NCBI RefSeq assembly: GCF_963921235.1
Contig: NC_086107.1
Span: forward strand, 115,942,001-116,006,000
DNA length: 64,000 nucleotides
Direction: 5' to 3'
From: Mobula hypostoma
Taxonomy: Eukaryota
The notes below the pieces were generated by a model that did not search any database, was not told the DNA's origin, and worked only from the letters and a program-made list of their open reading frames with translations. This document shows, piece after piece, positions 53,501 through 63,893 of the stretch; the first letter of the stretch is position 1; each line of letters starts with the position of its first letter. The translations under genes and the position numbers were made by a program.

Positions 53501-56500
53501 AGGAGAGGAGGAGGGAGAGTGGGGGTGGGGGAGAGGAGAGGAGGAGGGAGAGTGGGGGTGGGGGAGAGGAGAGGAGGAGGGAGAGTGGGGGTGGGGGAGA
53601 GGAGAGGAGGAGGGAGAGTGGGGGTGGGGGGGAGAGGAGAGGAGGAGGGAGAGTGGGGGTGGGGGGAGAGGAGAGGAGGAGGGAGAGTGGGGGTGGGGGG
53701 AGAGGAGAGGAGGAGGGAGAGTGGGGGTGGGGGAGAGGAGAGGAGGAGGGAGAGTGGGGGTGGGGGGAGAGGAGAGGAGGAGGGAGAGTGGGGGGGGGGA
53801 GAGGAGAGGAGGAGGGAGAGTGGGGGTGGGGGGAGAGGAGAGGAGGAGGGAGAGTGGGGGTGGGGGAGAGGAGAGGAGGAGGGAGAGTGGGGGTGGGGGG
53901 AGAGGAGAGGAGGAGGGAGAGTGGGGGTGGGGGAGAGGAGAGGAGGAGGGAGAGTGGGGGTGGGGGAGAGGAGAGGAGGAGGGAGAGTGGGGGTGGGGGG
54001 AGAGGAGAGGAGGGAGTGGGGGTGGGGGGGGGGGGAGAGGAGAGGAGGAGGGAGAGTGGGGGTGGGGGAGAGGAGAGGAGGAGGGAGAGTGGGGGTGGGG
54101 GGAGAGGAGAGGAGGAGGGAGAGTGGGGGTGGGGAGAGGAGAGGAGGAGGGAGAGTGGGGGTGGGGGAGAGGAGAGGAGGAGGGAGAGTGGGGGTGGGGG
54201 AGAGGAGAGGAGGAGGGAGAGTGGGGGTGGGGGAGAGGAGAGGAGGAGGGAGAGTGGGGGTGGGGGGAGAGGAGAGGAGGAGGGAGAGTGGGGGTGGGGG
54301 AGAGGAGAGGAGGAGGGAGAGTGGGGGTAGGGGGGAGAGGAGAGGAGGAGGGAGAGTGGGGATGGGGGGCAGGAGAGGAGGAGGGAGAGTGGGGGTGGGG
54401 GGGAGAGGAGAGGAGGAGGGAGAGTGGGGGTGGGGGGGAGGAGAGGAGGAGGGAGAGTGGGGGTGGGGGGGAGGAGGGAGAGTGGGGGTGGGGGGGAGAG
54501 GAGAGGAGGAGGGAGAGTGGGGGTGGGGGAGAGGAGAGGAGGAGGGAGAGTGGGGGTGGGGGAGAGGAGAGGAGGAGGGAGAGTGGGGGTGGGGTGGAGA
54601 GGAGAGGAGGAGGGAGAGTGGGGGGTGGGGGGGAGAGGAGAGGAGGAGGGAGAGTGGGGGGTGGGGGGGAGAGGAGAGGAGGAGGGAGAGTGAGGGTGGG
54701 GGAGAGGAGAGGAGGAGGGAGAGTGGGGGTGGGGGGGAGAGGAGAGGAGGAGGGAGAGTGAGGGTGGGGGAGAGGAGAGGAGGAGGGAGAATGGGGGTGG
54801 GGGGAGAGGAGAGGAGGAGGGAGAATGGGGATGGGGGGAGAGGAGAGGAGGAGGGAGAGTGGGGGTGGGGGAGAGGAGAGGAGGAGGGAGAGTGGGGGTG
54901 GGGGAGAGGAGAGGAGGAGGGAGAGTGAGGGTGGGGGAGAGGAGAGGAGGAGGGAGAGTGAGGGTGGGGGAGAGGAGAGGAGGAGGGAGAGTGGGGGTGG
55001 GGGAGAGGAGAGGAGGAGGGAGAGTGGGGGTGGGGGGAGAGGAGAGGAGGAGGGAGAGTGGGGGTGGGGGAGAGGAGAGGAGGAGGGAGAGTGGGGGTGG
55101 GGGGAGAGGAGAGGAGGAGGGAGAGTGGGGGTTGGGGGGAGAGGAGAGGAGGAGGGAGAGTGGGGGTGGGGGAGAGGAGAGGAGGAGGGAGAGTGGGGGT
55201 GGGGGGGAGAGGAGAGGAGGAGGGAGAGTGGGGGTGGGGGAGAGGAGAGGAGGAGGGAGAGTGGTGGTGGGGGGGAGAGGAGAGGAGGAGGGAGAGTGGT
55301 GGTGGGGGGAGAGGAGAGGAGGAGGGAGAGTGGGGGTGGGGGGGAGAGGAGAGGAGGAGGGAGAGTGGGGGTGGGGGAGAGGAGAGGAGGAGGGAGAGTG
55401 GGGGTGGGGGGAGAGGAGAGGAGGAGGGAGAGTGGGGGTAGGGGGAGAGGAGAGGAGGAGGTAGAGTGGGGGTGGGGGGAGAGGAGAGGAGGAGGTAGAG
55501 TGGGGGTGGGGGGGAGAGGAGAGGAGGAGGGAGAGTGGGGGTGGGGGAGAGGAGAGGAGGAGGGAGAGTGGGGGTGGGGGAGAGGAGAGGAGGAGGGAGA
55601 GTGGGGGTGGGGGAGAGGAGAGGAGCAGGGAGAGTGGGGGAGAGGAGAGGAGGAGGGAGAGTGGGGGTGGGGGAGAGGAGAGGAGGAGGGAGAGTGGGGG
55701 TGGGGGAGAGGAGAGGAGGAGGGAGAGTGGGGGTGGGGGAGAGGAGAGGAGGAGGGAGAGTGGGGGTGGGGGAGAGGAGAGGAGGAGGGAGAGTGGGGGT
55801 GGGGGAGAGGAGAGGAGAGGGAGAGTGGGGGTGGGGGAGAGGAGAGGAGGAGGGAGAGTGGGGTGGGGGAGAGGAGGAGGAGGGAGAGTGGGGGTGGGGG
55901 AGAGGAGAGGAGGAGGGAGAGTGGGGGTGGGGGAGAGGAGAGGAGGAGGGAGAGTGGGGGTGGGGGAGAGGAGAGGAGGAGGGAGAGTGGGGGTGGGGGG
56001 GAGAGGAGGAGGGAGAGTGGGGGTGGGGGGAGAGGAGAGGAGGAGGGAGAGTGGGGGTGGGGGGAGAGGAGAGGAGGAGGGAGAGTGGGGGTGGGGGGAG
56101 AGGAGAGGAGGAGGGAGAGTGGGGGTGGGGGGAGAGGAGAGGAGGAGGGAGAGTGGGGGTGGGGGGAGAGGAGAGGAGGAGGGAGAGTGGGGGTGGGGGG
56201 AGAGGAGAGGAGGAGGGAGAGTGGGGGTGGGGGGAGAGGAGAGGAGGAGGGAGAGTGGGGGTGGGGGGGAGAGGAGAGGAGGAGGGAGAGTGGGGGTGGG
56301 GGGGAGAGGAGAGGAGGAGGGAGAGTGGGGGTGGGGGAGAGGAGAGGAGGAGGGAGAGTGGGGGTGGGGGGAGAGGAGAGGAGGAGGGAGAGTGGGGGTG
56401 GGGGGGAGAGGAGAGGAGGAGGGAGAGTGGGGGTGGGGGGGAGAGGAGAGGAGGAGGGAGAGTGGGGGTGGGGGGGAGAGGAGAGGAGGAGGGAGAGTGG

Positions 56501-59500
56501 GGGTGGGGGAGAGGAGAGGAGGAGGGAGAGTGGGGGTGGGGGGGAGAGGAGAGGAGGAGGGAGAGTGGGGGTGGGGGGAGAGGAGAGGAGGAGGGAGAGT
56601 GGGGGTGGGGGGAGAGGAGAGGAGGAGGGAGAGTGGGGGTGGGGGGGAGAGGAGAGGAGGAGGGAGAGTGGGGGTGGGGGGGAGAGGAGAGGAGGAGGGA
56701 GAGTGGGGGTGGGGGGGAGAGGAGAGGAGGAGGGAGAGTGGGGGTGGCGGGGAGAGGAGAGGAGGAGGGAGAGTGGGGGTGGGGGGGAGAGGAGAGGAGG
56801 AGGGAGAGTGGGGGTGGGGGAGAGGAGAGGAGGAGGGAGAGTGGGGGTGGGGGAGAGGAGAGGAGGAGGGAGAGTGGGGGTGGGGGGGAGAGGAGAGGAG
56901 GAGGGAGAGTGGGGGTGGGGGGAGAGGAGAGGAGGAGGGAGAGTGGGGTGGGGGGAGAGGAGAGGAGGAGGGAGAGTGGGGGTGGGGGGGAGAGGAGAGG
57001 AGGAGGGAGAGTGGGGGTGGGGGGGAGAGGAGAGGAGGAGGGAGAGTGGGGGTGGGGGGGAGAGGAGAGGAGGAGGGAGAGTGGGGGTGGCGGGGAGAGG
57101 AGAGGAGGAGGGAGAGTGGGGGTGGGGGGGAGAGGAGAGGAGGAGGGAGAGTGGGGGTGGGGGAGAGGAGAGGAGGAGGGAGAGTGGGGGTGGGGGAGAG
57201 GAGAGGAGGAGGGAGAGTGGGGGTGGGGGGGGAGAGCAGAGGAGGAGGGAGAGTGGGGGTGGGGGGGAGAGGAGGAGGGAGGGTGGGGGTGGGGGGAGAG
57301 GAGAGGAGGAGGGAGAGTGGGGGTGGGGGAGAGGAGAGGAGGAGGGAGAGTGGGGGTGGGGGGGAGAGGAGAGGAGGAGGGAGAGTGGGGGTGGGGGGGA
57401 GAGGAGAGGAGGAGGGAGAGTGGGGGTGGGGGAGAGGAGAGGAGGAGGGAGAGTGGGGGTGGGGGGAGAGGAGAGGAGGAGGGAGAGTGGGGGTGGGGGG
57501 AGAGGAGAGGAGGAGGGAGAGTGGGGGTGGGGGGAGAGGAGAGGAGGAGGGAGAGTGGGGGTGGGGGGAGAGGAGAGGAGGAGGGAGAGTGGGGGTGGGG
57601 GGGAGAGGAGAGGAGGAGGGAGAGTGGGGGTGGGGGGGAGAGGAGAGGAGGAGGGAGAGTGGGGGTGGGGGGGAGAGGAGAGGAGGAGGGAGAGTGGGGG
57701 TGGCGGGGAGAGGAGAGGAGGAGGGAGAGTGGGGGTGGGGGGGAGAGGAGAGGAGGAGGGAGAGTGGGGGTGGGGGAGAGGAGAGGAGGAGGGAGAGTGG
57801 GGGTGGGGGAGAGGAGAGGAGGAGGGAGAGTGGGGGTGGGGGGGGAGAGCAGAGGAGGAGGGAGAGTGGGGGTGGGGGGGAGAGGAGGAGGGAGGGTGGG
57901 GGTGGGGGGAGAGGAGAGGAGGAGGGAGAGTGGGGGTGGGGGAGAGGAGAGGAGGAGGGAGAGTGGGGGTGGGGGGGAGAGGAGAGGAGGAGGGAGAGTG
58001 GGGGTGGGGGGGAGAGGAGAGGAGGAGGGAGAGTGGGGGTGGGGGGAGAGGAGAGGAGGAGGGAGAGTGGGGGTGGGGGGAGAGGAGAGGAGGAGGGAGA
58101 GTGGGGGTGGGGGGAGAGGAGAGGAGGAGGGAGAGTGGGGGTGGGGGGAGAGGAGAGGAGGAGGGAGAGTGGGGGTGGGGGGAGAGGAGAGGAGGAGGGA
58201 GAGTGGGGGTGGGGGAGAGGAGGAGGGAGAGTGGGGGTGGGGTAGAGGAGAGGAGGAGGGAGAGTGGGGTGGGGGGGAGAGGAGAGGAGGAGGGAGAGTG
58301 GGGGTGGGGGGAGAGGAGAGGAGGAGGGAGAGTGGGGGTGGGGGGGAGAGGAGGAGGGAGAGTGGGGGTGGGGGGGAGAGGAGAGGAGGAGGGAGAGTGG
58401 GGGTGGGGGGGAGAGGAGAGGAGGAGGGAGAGTGGGGGTGGGGGGGAGAAGAGAGGAGGAGGGAGAGTGGGGGTGGGGGGGAGAGGAAGAGAAGGTCACA
58501 ATCTGGCTGACAAAGCCTCCACAAATGTATCACACACTTAAGACTGATATATACTTGTGCGACAAATGTACACCGTAGCCACGTACCCTACGCTGTACCC
58601 TACACCAAACCCTACACCGTAGCCTGATATGCTCCTCTCCCAAAATGTAACCACATGTTGCGGCGATGCAGACCAAAATTATGGATGACCCTGTGCTTGA
58701 TGCCAGTCTGTAGCTCGCTCCTGCAGCCTGTTGACTTCCACCTGAAGCTAAAACTGGAATGGTGATTCCCAGTCTCTGAGCATACTGTGCGTACACTGAT
58801 GCGAAATAAATGGTTGGAGACGATGAACCAAATCGTCAAACCTACCTGCCAACATCTGAAAATATTTGAAATGCATTTTCTTGTCCATGTCTCTCGCGAA
58901 GAAACTCAACACAGTGGCATAGAAACCCCACCGCCAACTAGCCTTTTGGCGGTGAATTGCAGAGCAACGCAGACACAACTACGTGTGCTCACTACGGTGT
59001 AGGGCTACGCACAAGTATAAATCAGGCCTTTAGACACAGAGTAAAGCTCCCATCGCACACTCCCGGGGTCAGACAGAGTGAATCTCCCTCCACACCGACC
59101 CATCACACACTCCCGGGGTCAGACACAGAGTGAATCTCCCTCCACACCGTCCCATCACACACTCCCGGGGTCAGACACAGAGTGAAGCTCCCTCCACACC
59201 GTCCCATCACACACTCCCGGGGTCAGACACAGAGTGAATCTCCCTCCACACCGTCCCATCGCACACTCCCGGGGTCAGACACAGAGTCAATCTCCCTCCA
59301 CACCGTCCCATCACACACTCCCGGGGTCAGACACAGAGTGAATCTCCCTCCACACCGTCCCATCACACACTCCCGGGGTCACACACAGAGTGAATCTCCC
59401 TCCACACCGTCCCATCACACACTCCCGGGGTCAGGCTCAGAGTGAATCTCCCTCCACACCGTCCCATCACACACTCCCGGGGTCAGACACAGAGTGAATC

Positions 59501-61155
59501 TCCCTCCACACCGTCCCATCACACACTCCCGGGGTCACACACAGAGTGAATCTCCCTCCACACCGTCCCATCACACACTCCCGGGGTCAGGCTCAGAGTG
59601 AATCTCCCTCCACACCGTCCCATCGCACACTCCCGGGGTCAGACACAGAGTGAAACTCCCTCCACACCGTCCCATCACACACTCCCGGGGTCAGACACAG
59701 AGTGAATCTCCCTCCACACCGTCCCATCACACACTCCCGGGGTCAGACACAGAGTGAATCTCCCTCCACACCGTCCCATCACACACTCCCGGGGTCAGAC
59801 ACAGAGTGAATCTCCCTCCACACCGTCCCATCACACACTCCCAGGGTCAGACACAGAGTGAATCTCCCTCCACACCGTCCCATCACACACTCCCGGGGTC
59901 AGACACAGAGTGAAGCTCCCTCCACACCGTCCCATCACACACTCCCGGGGTCAGACACAGAGTGAATCTCCCTCCGGACCGTCCCATCACACACTCCCGG
60001 GGTCAGACACAGAGTGAATCTCCCTCCACACCGTCCCATCACACACTCCCGGGGTCAGATACTGAGAGAAACTCCGAAAACAACCTTCCAGTTTATCAGA
60101 ATATACTTACCAGAATCCGATGATGTTTCTCCAGTAGGTCCTTCGATCTGGAATAAGGAAGTCATTCCAGTGATAGGCAGGGATTGGGAAGGGAGAGAGG
60201 CAATGGAAAACAGGTCAGTGAAAATGGGCGAGGGGAGACGGACCAGTGAGGCGAGGGGAGTTGGGATGTGTGTGGGGAGAGTGTGCAGGAAGGGTATTGG
60301 GTCACTTACCCAGCACGTTCCAGACTATCGGAGCTGCCCTCTCATCTGAGTAAAGAGGGATAGAGTGGCATAGAATAGCAGGTCCCCTACCGGTCCCTCA
60401 CACCTCCCCCACCAATCTGTCCCGTCCTCACACCCTCCGCCACCATCCTGTCCCGTCCCTCGCACCCTCCCCCACCATCCCGTCCCCGCACCCTCCCCCA
60501 CCGCCCCATCCCTCGCACCCTCTCCCACCATCCCGTCCCCGCACCCTCCCCCACCATCCTGTCCCCGCACCCTCCCCCACCGCCCCATCCCTCACACCCT
60601 CCCCCACCATCCCGTCCCATCCCTCGCACCCTCCCCCACCATCCCGTCCCGTCCCTCGCACCCTCCCCCACCATCCCGTCCCGTCCCTCGCACCCTCCCC
60701 CACCATCCCGTCCCGTCCCTCGCACCATCCCCCACCATCCCGTCCCGTCCCTCGCACCCTCCCCCACCATCCTGTCCCGTCCCTCGCACCCTCCCCCACC
60801 ATCCCGTCCCCGCCCCCTCCCCCACCGCCCCATCCCTCGCACCCTCCCCCACCATCCCGTCCCTCGCACCCTCCCCCACCATCCCGTCCCCGCACCCTCC
60901 CCCACCATCCCGTCCCGTCCCTCGCACCCTCCCCCACCATCCCGTCCCGTCCCTCGCACCCTCCCCCACCATCCCGTCCCGTCCCTCGCACCCTCCCCCA
61001 CCCTCCCGTCCCTCGCACCCTCCCCCACCCTCCCGTCCCGTCCCTCGCACCCTCCCCCACCATCCCTGCCGCTCTTTTGCTCGAACACTCCTTCTCCAAC
61101 ATTCAACCCTTCCCTCACCCTCAGTGGAGGCATCCCCTCCACCGGGCGTTTCCAT
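29404..61155 (-). CDS. cln3: battenin (CLN3 lysosomal/endosomal transmembrane protein), spliced, 16 coding exons, 441 aa, complete
   Basis: Exon sizes 37,36,37,97,75,80,86,73,144,131,50,69,56,94,141,120 = 1326 nt. Motifs [62 protein letters not shown] and terminal CQLG*. Most exon sizes equal those I recall for human CLN3. Confidence 0.97.
29750..29900 (+). mobile_element. CR1/SINE shared 3' tail fragment
   Basis: gatcagccatgatcgtattgaatggcg...ctcgaagggccggatggccgactcctgctcc matches the reverse complement of 46275-46345. Confidence 0.7.
30285..30425 (-). CDS. cln3: cln3 coding exon 15
   Basis: FVNLFFLL...[22 protein letters not shown]. Confidence 0.97.
30458..31035 (+). repeat. 52-bp satellite array C (~11 copies)
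   Basis: Same unit as array A. Confidence 0.96.
31095..31188 (-). CDS. cln3: cln3 coding exon 14
   Basis: [31 protein letters not shown]. Confidence 0.96.
31435..35815 (+). repeat. ~4.4-kb almost pure polypurine (G/A) tract
   Basis: GGAGAGAGGAGG/GGGGAA units with very few pyrimidines. Confidence 0.96.
35815..37410 (+). repeat. ~20-23-bp minisatellite GGGGGAGATGACGTGGGGAGGA (~70 copies)
   Basis: Nearly every unit carries ATGACGTG. Confidence 0.96.
37447..37502 (-). CDS. cln3: cln3 coding exon 13
   Basis: [18 protein letters not shown](W). Confidence 0.96.
37660..39078 (+). repeat. C-rich composite minisatellite (CCCTTCATACCTCACCCC core)
   Basis: Direct inspection. Confidence 0.93.
39246..39314 (-). 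CDS. cln3: cln3 coding exon 12
   Basis: [23 protein letters not shown]. Confidence 0.96.
39533..39582 (-). CDS. cln3: cln3 coding exon 11
   Basis: [16 protein letters not shown]; phases fit. Confidence 0.9.
39667..39797 (-). CDS. cln3: cln3 coding exon 10
   Basis: YFCLLVLPP...[15 protein letters not shown] (cytosolic loop with dileucine signal). Confidence 0.93.
40074..40217 (-). CDS. cln3: cln3 coding exon 9
   Basis: [26 protein letters not shown]...VPVIQWA. Confidence 0.96.
40618..40690 (-). CDS. cln3: cln3 coding exon 8
   Basis: [23 protein letters not shown]. Confidence 0.96.
40888..41635 (+). repeat. 24-bp minisatellite (GGGGAGGGGATGGGGGATTCAGTC), ~31 copies
   Basis: Direct inspection. 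Confidence 0.94.
41642..41727 (-). CDS. cln3: cln3 coding exon 7
   Basis: [28 protein letters not shown]. Confidence 0.95.
41750..42700 (+). repeat. ~18-19-bp minisatellite (GGGGGGAGTGACGGGC)
   Basis: Direct inspection. Confidence 0.94.
42860..42939 (-). CDS. cln3: cln3 coding exon 6
   Basis: [26 protein letters not shown]. Confidence 0.96.
43404..43478 (-). CDS. cln3: cln3 coding exon 5
   Basis: [25 protein letters not shown]; phase 0-0. Confidence 0.92.
44040..45470 (+). mobile_element. degenerate Rex1/Babar-type LINE
   Basis: [68 protein letters not shown]; many frameshifts. Confidence 0.85.
45580..45790 (-). mobile_element. Rex1-type LINE 3' fragment
   Basis: [28 protein letters not shown]. 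Confidence 0.75.
46259..46830 (-). mobile_element. young 5'-truncated CR1-type LINE 3' end
   Basis: Uninterrupted [14 protein letters not shown]...[13 protein letters not shown]...FKKEMD frame, followed by a 3' UTR and a (CTATTGT)-like tail. Confidence 0.92.
47150..48445 (+). mobile_element. CR1-type LINE fragment with internal 42-bp array (47398-48027, 15 copies)
   Basis: Unit encodes [14 protein letters not shown]; flanks carry agaccacactcggaatatcgtgttcagttctgg and FSLE motifs. Confidence 0.9.
48740..49065 (+). mobile_element. Rex1-type LINE 3' fragment
   Basis: KAVSIIKD; similar to 3170-3600. Confidence 0.65.
49389..49485 (-). CDS. cln3: cln3 coding exon 4
   Basis: [32 protein letters not shown]. 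Confidence 0.96.
49488..58494 (+). repeat. ~9-kb minisatellite, ~33-35 bp (GGGGAGAGGAGAGGAGGAGGGAGAGTGGGGGTG)
   Basis: Direct inspection; roughly 260-270 units by length. Confidence 0.97.
58541..59029. mobile_element. MITE, PIF/Harbinger-like non-autonomous DNA transposon
   Basis: Imperfect TIRs AGACTGATATATACTTGTGCG / CGCACAAGTATAAATCAGGCCT; subterminal CACCGTAG / CTACGGTG; TTA on both sides. Confidence 0.8.
59032..60060 (+). repeat. 52-bp satellite array D (~20 copies)
   Basis: Same unit as array A. Confidence 0.96.
60111..60147 (-). CDS. cln3: cln3 coding exon 3
   Basis: [11 protein letters not shown](W), matching human HWKNAVGFW; donor GTAAGT. Confidence 0.92.
60310..60345 (-). CDS. 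cln3: cln3 coding exon 2 (36-nt symmetric exon)
   Basis: CTCTTTACTCAG acceptor, G|GTAAGT donor; (D)[11 protein letters not shown]; phase 1-1. Confidence 0.62.
60395..61066 (+). repeat. C-rich ~27-32-bp minisatellite (CGCACCCTCCCCCACCATCCCGTCCCGTCCCT)
   Basis: Direct inspection. Confidence 0.92.
61119..61155 (-). CDS. cln3: cln3 coding exon 1 (ATG)
   Basis: GTCGTCATGG Kozak; [12 protein letters not shown]; phase-1 donor G|GTGAGG matching the next exon; next to a CpG island. Poorly conserved region. Confidence 0.72.
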
Positions 61156-61700
61156 GACGACGTTCAGCTCCAGGGCGACCCTTCTATTTCTGCTTCCGTT
61201 GTTGCACTCAACGAGGTCCCCGCGGACCGCTTCAGCCCCACACAACAGTTCCGACGGGTTTATTTAGAAACAGGGCTCCTCCCTTCCCTTTCTTCCATCG
61301 AACACCTTCCACGTCCTCCCTTATGAAAGTTTCATCAACACTCTCCTGCTCTGTTAATCACCTCAAGGTTCCAATAAACACCAGATAACAACCTAGGAAC
61401 CAAATATAGACCAGACTCTGCCAGTAGCAAAGATGGCCGCTGGCTAGTTTGGCATAGTTGCCAGCAATAATCTTAGTGGCAGCCGCCGCCAGGCACCCGC
61501 GCCAAGGAACCGCCGACATTGTACAAGAGCGGCGAAAAGGCGGTGCCGACCTCCACCTTTACCGCCGCCCAGCGGCCCCGACCTCCACTGCTACCGCCGC
61601 GAGTGGCTGGCGGACTGCACTGCACCGCTCCGCGCCTGGGGACGCCGGCCCGGCCGCCATCTTGGTGCCCACAAGGCGGTGGTTTTTCCCTCAGAGGCAC
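61140..61700. promoter_or_regulatory. CpG-island promoter of cln3, probably bidirectional
   Basis: Dense CpG; YY1-type motifs in opposite orientations (AAGATGGCCG at 61430, CGCCATCTT at 61655); lies between the cln3 ATG exon and plus-strand exons at 63.3-64 kb. Confidence 0.68.
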
Positions 61701-62527
61701 CGAGAGAGCTGGAATTGTTATTCCCAGGACTATTGATGGATGGATTGTGGGGTCAGAGGGAGGATTGAGTTACCTCAGTATCATTGACTGGAGTTGGGTT
61801 GTCCTCAGGACCACTGATGGGGCAGGGAATCTTTGGGAGATATCTTGACATGGATTCGGAGTAGACGGGGGATTATTCTGCCCTCACGGGGTTGAGGGAG
61901 ATACTTTGGCCTGAGATTCGTCTACAAGTAGAGTGAACCAGTTTTTGCCTCATGATCATGAAGGATAGATTGGGGACTGAAGGACTATTGAGATATTTTG
62001 GCCTCGGGACAACTGGGAGGTGGTTGGGATAGATCAGTTCTTCACTCTAGACCATTGAAGGGTAGATTGGAGGCAGAGTAGAGGTTGCTGTGGTGTCCAG
62101 ACCATAGGGATGGTGGAGGTATTTTGGCCATTGGGGGAGAGATTGGGGAATAAGGGCTGGGTTGGGTTCAAGACCATTGTCGGAGGTTGGGGAGGTGCTT
62201 TGTTCTCAGGACCAGTCTCTCCTCACAGAGCCGGAGGGATTAATCGCAGCAACCACTGTAAGGATAGACCTGGGGAGGACCTCCACTTAATGTCTGAAAT
62301 CCCTCAGGAGACTCCCTTCCCTCAATTCAACACCTCCTACATCGCACCATCACCCTCAGCCCCTGACCACAGGGGGAGGGGTGGGACCTCTGTGATGTCA
62401 GGGGTCTATTCTGACATCAAGGCTTTAATCTCCCTGGCCCCTACATCCTCTGGGATGTTTCCCCATGGATCAGGTGGATAGGTGTTCAGAACGGAGACCA
62501 GATGTGAGTGCGGACAATGCCAAGGGA

Positions 62528-63215
62528 ACTTCACTCTGTGTCTGACCCCGGGAGTGTGTGATGGAGGGTGTGTCACTCTGTGTCTGACCCTGGGAGTTTG
62601 TGATGGGACGGTGTGGAGGGAGATTCACTCTGTGTCTGACCCCGGGAGTGTGTTGATGGTTCGGTGTGGACCGAGCTTCACTCTGTGTCTGACCCCGGGA
62701 GTGTGTGATGGGACGGTGTGGAGGGAGATTCACTCTGTGTCTGACCCCAGGTGTGTGTGATGGGACGGTGTGGAGGGAGATTCACTCTGTGTCTGACCCC
62801 GGGAGTGTGTTGATGGTTCGGTGTGGACCGAGCTTCACTCTGTGTCTGACCCCGGGAGTGTGTGATGGGACGGTGTGGACCGAGCTTCACTCTGTGTCTG
62901 ACCCCGGGAGTGTGTGATGGGACGGTGTGGAGGGAGATTCACTCTGTGTCTGACCCCAGGTGTGTGTGATGGGACGGTGTGGAGGGAGCTTCACTCTGTG
63001 TCTGACCCCGGGAGTGTGTGATGGGACAGTGTGGAGGGAGATTCACTCTGTGTCTGACCCCGGGAGTGTGTGATGGGACGGTGTGGAGGGAGCTTCACTC
63101 TGTGTCTGACCCCGGGAGTGTGTGATGGGACAGTGATGAGGGATATTCATACTGTGTCTGACGACGGGAGTGTGTGATGCTATGGTGTGGTGAGAGATTC
63201 ACTCTGTGACTGATG
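62528..63215 (-). repeat. 52-bp satellite array E (~13 copies, inverted relative to D)
   Basis: Reverse complement of the array A unit; decays at its right end. Confidence 0.95.
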
Positions 63216-63426
63216 GCAGGGTTAGGGGTGATATCCAGTAATCAAACTTCCTGACTGACGTGCCCACTGGTTGTGTTGTGTCTGTTGGTGGACAGGAATG
63301 TGGTGTAGAGGAGGAAGAACTGGATGTTCATGAGAGCTGACGGCACAGCTAAAGAGTGGAGTGGCAACGGGAGGCAGAGCACGGACATTAACAGCAGACC
63401 CCTGTAACCGCTGCTATCCAACCAGC

Positions 63427-63468
63427 ATGCTGTTGTATCTACTCGTCAGCCTGCTGGGGATCAGTGTG
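63427..63468 (+). CDS. putative first coding exon of an unidentified gene (hydrophobic N-terminus)
   Basis: AGCATG with A at -3; MLLYLLVSLLGISV; donor GTG|GTGAGT; in-frame stop upstream; acceptor at 63295. Confidence 0.55.
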
Positions 63469-63893
63469 GTGAGTATTCAGGTAGTGATTGTGTGTGAGAG
63501 AGAGAGAGGGGGAGAGGAATGGTGAGGGAGATAAATAGAGAACTGGTGAGAGAGGGGGAAATGGAGGGAGGGAGAGAGAGAGAATGAGAGAATGTCAGCG
63601 TGCCTGGAGGGTGTGGCAGAGAGGAAGAGAGGAAAGTGACAGAATCAGAGAGAGGTGGAGTTGGGGAGAGAGAGTGATAGAAATAATCAGGAGAAAGTGA
63701 GGATAGAAGTACACTGTGGGAGGGAGAAATTTAGTGAAATGCACAGAGGGAGGGGATATGTCAATGGACCCAGCGAGGGAAAGCCTCTGCTCTGGACCAG
63801 TGGGTAGAGGGGGAGGAGGGAGGCACTCACAGTGAGGTGTATCTGACAGAACTTGGGGGATACTTAACGAAGCCTTCCTCCCGTCTCCCACAG

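Noticed and set aside
49332..58541. ORFs of 800-3055 aa on both strands
   Set aside because: Translations of a stop-poor G/A-rich minisatellite; only 49389-49485 is a real exon (cln3).
60325..60345. ATG at 60345 as the cln3 start codon
   Set aside because: That frame stops after six codons (ATG AGA GGG CAG CTC CGA TAG) and is out of phase with the next exon.
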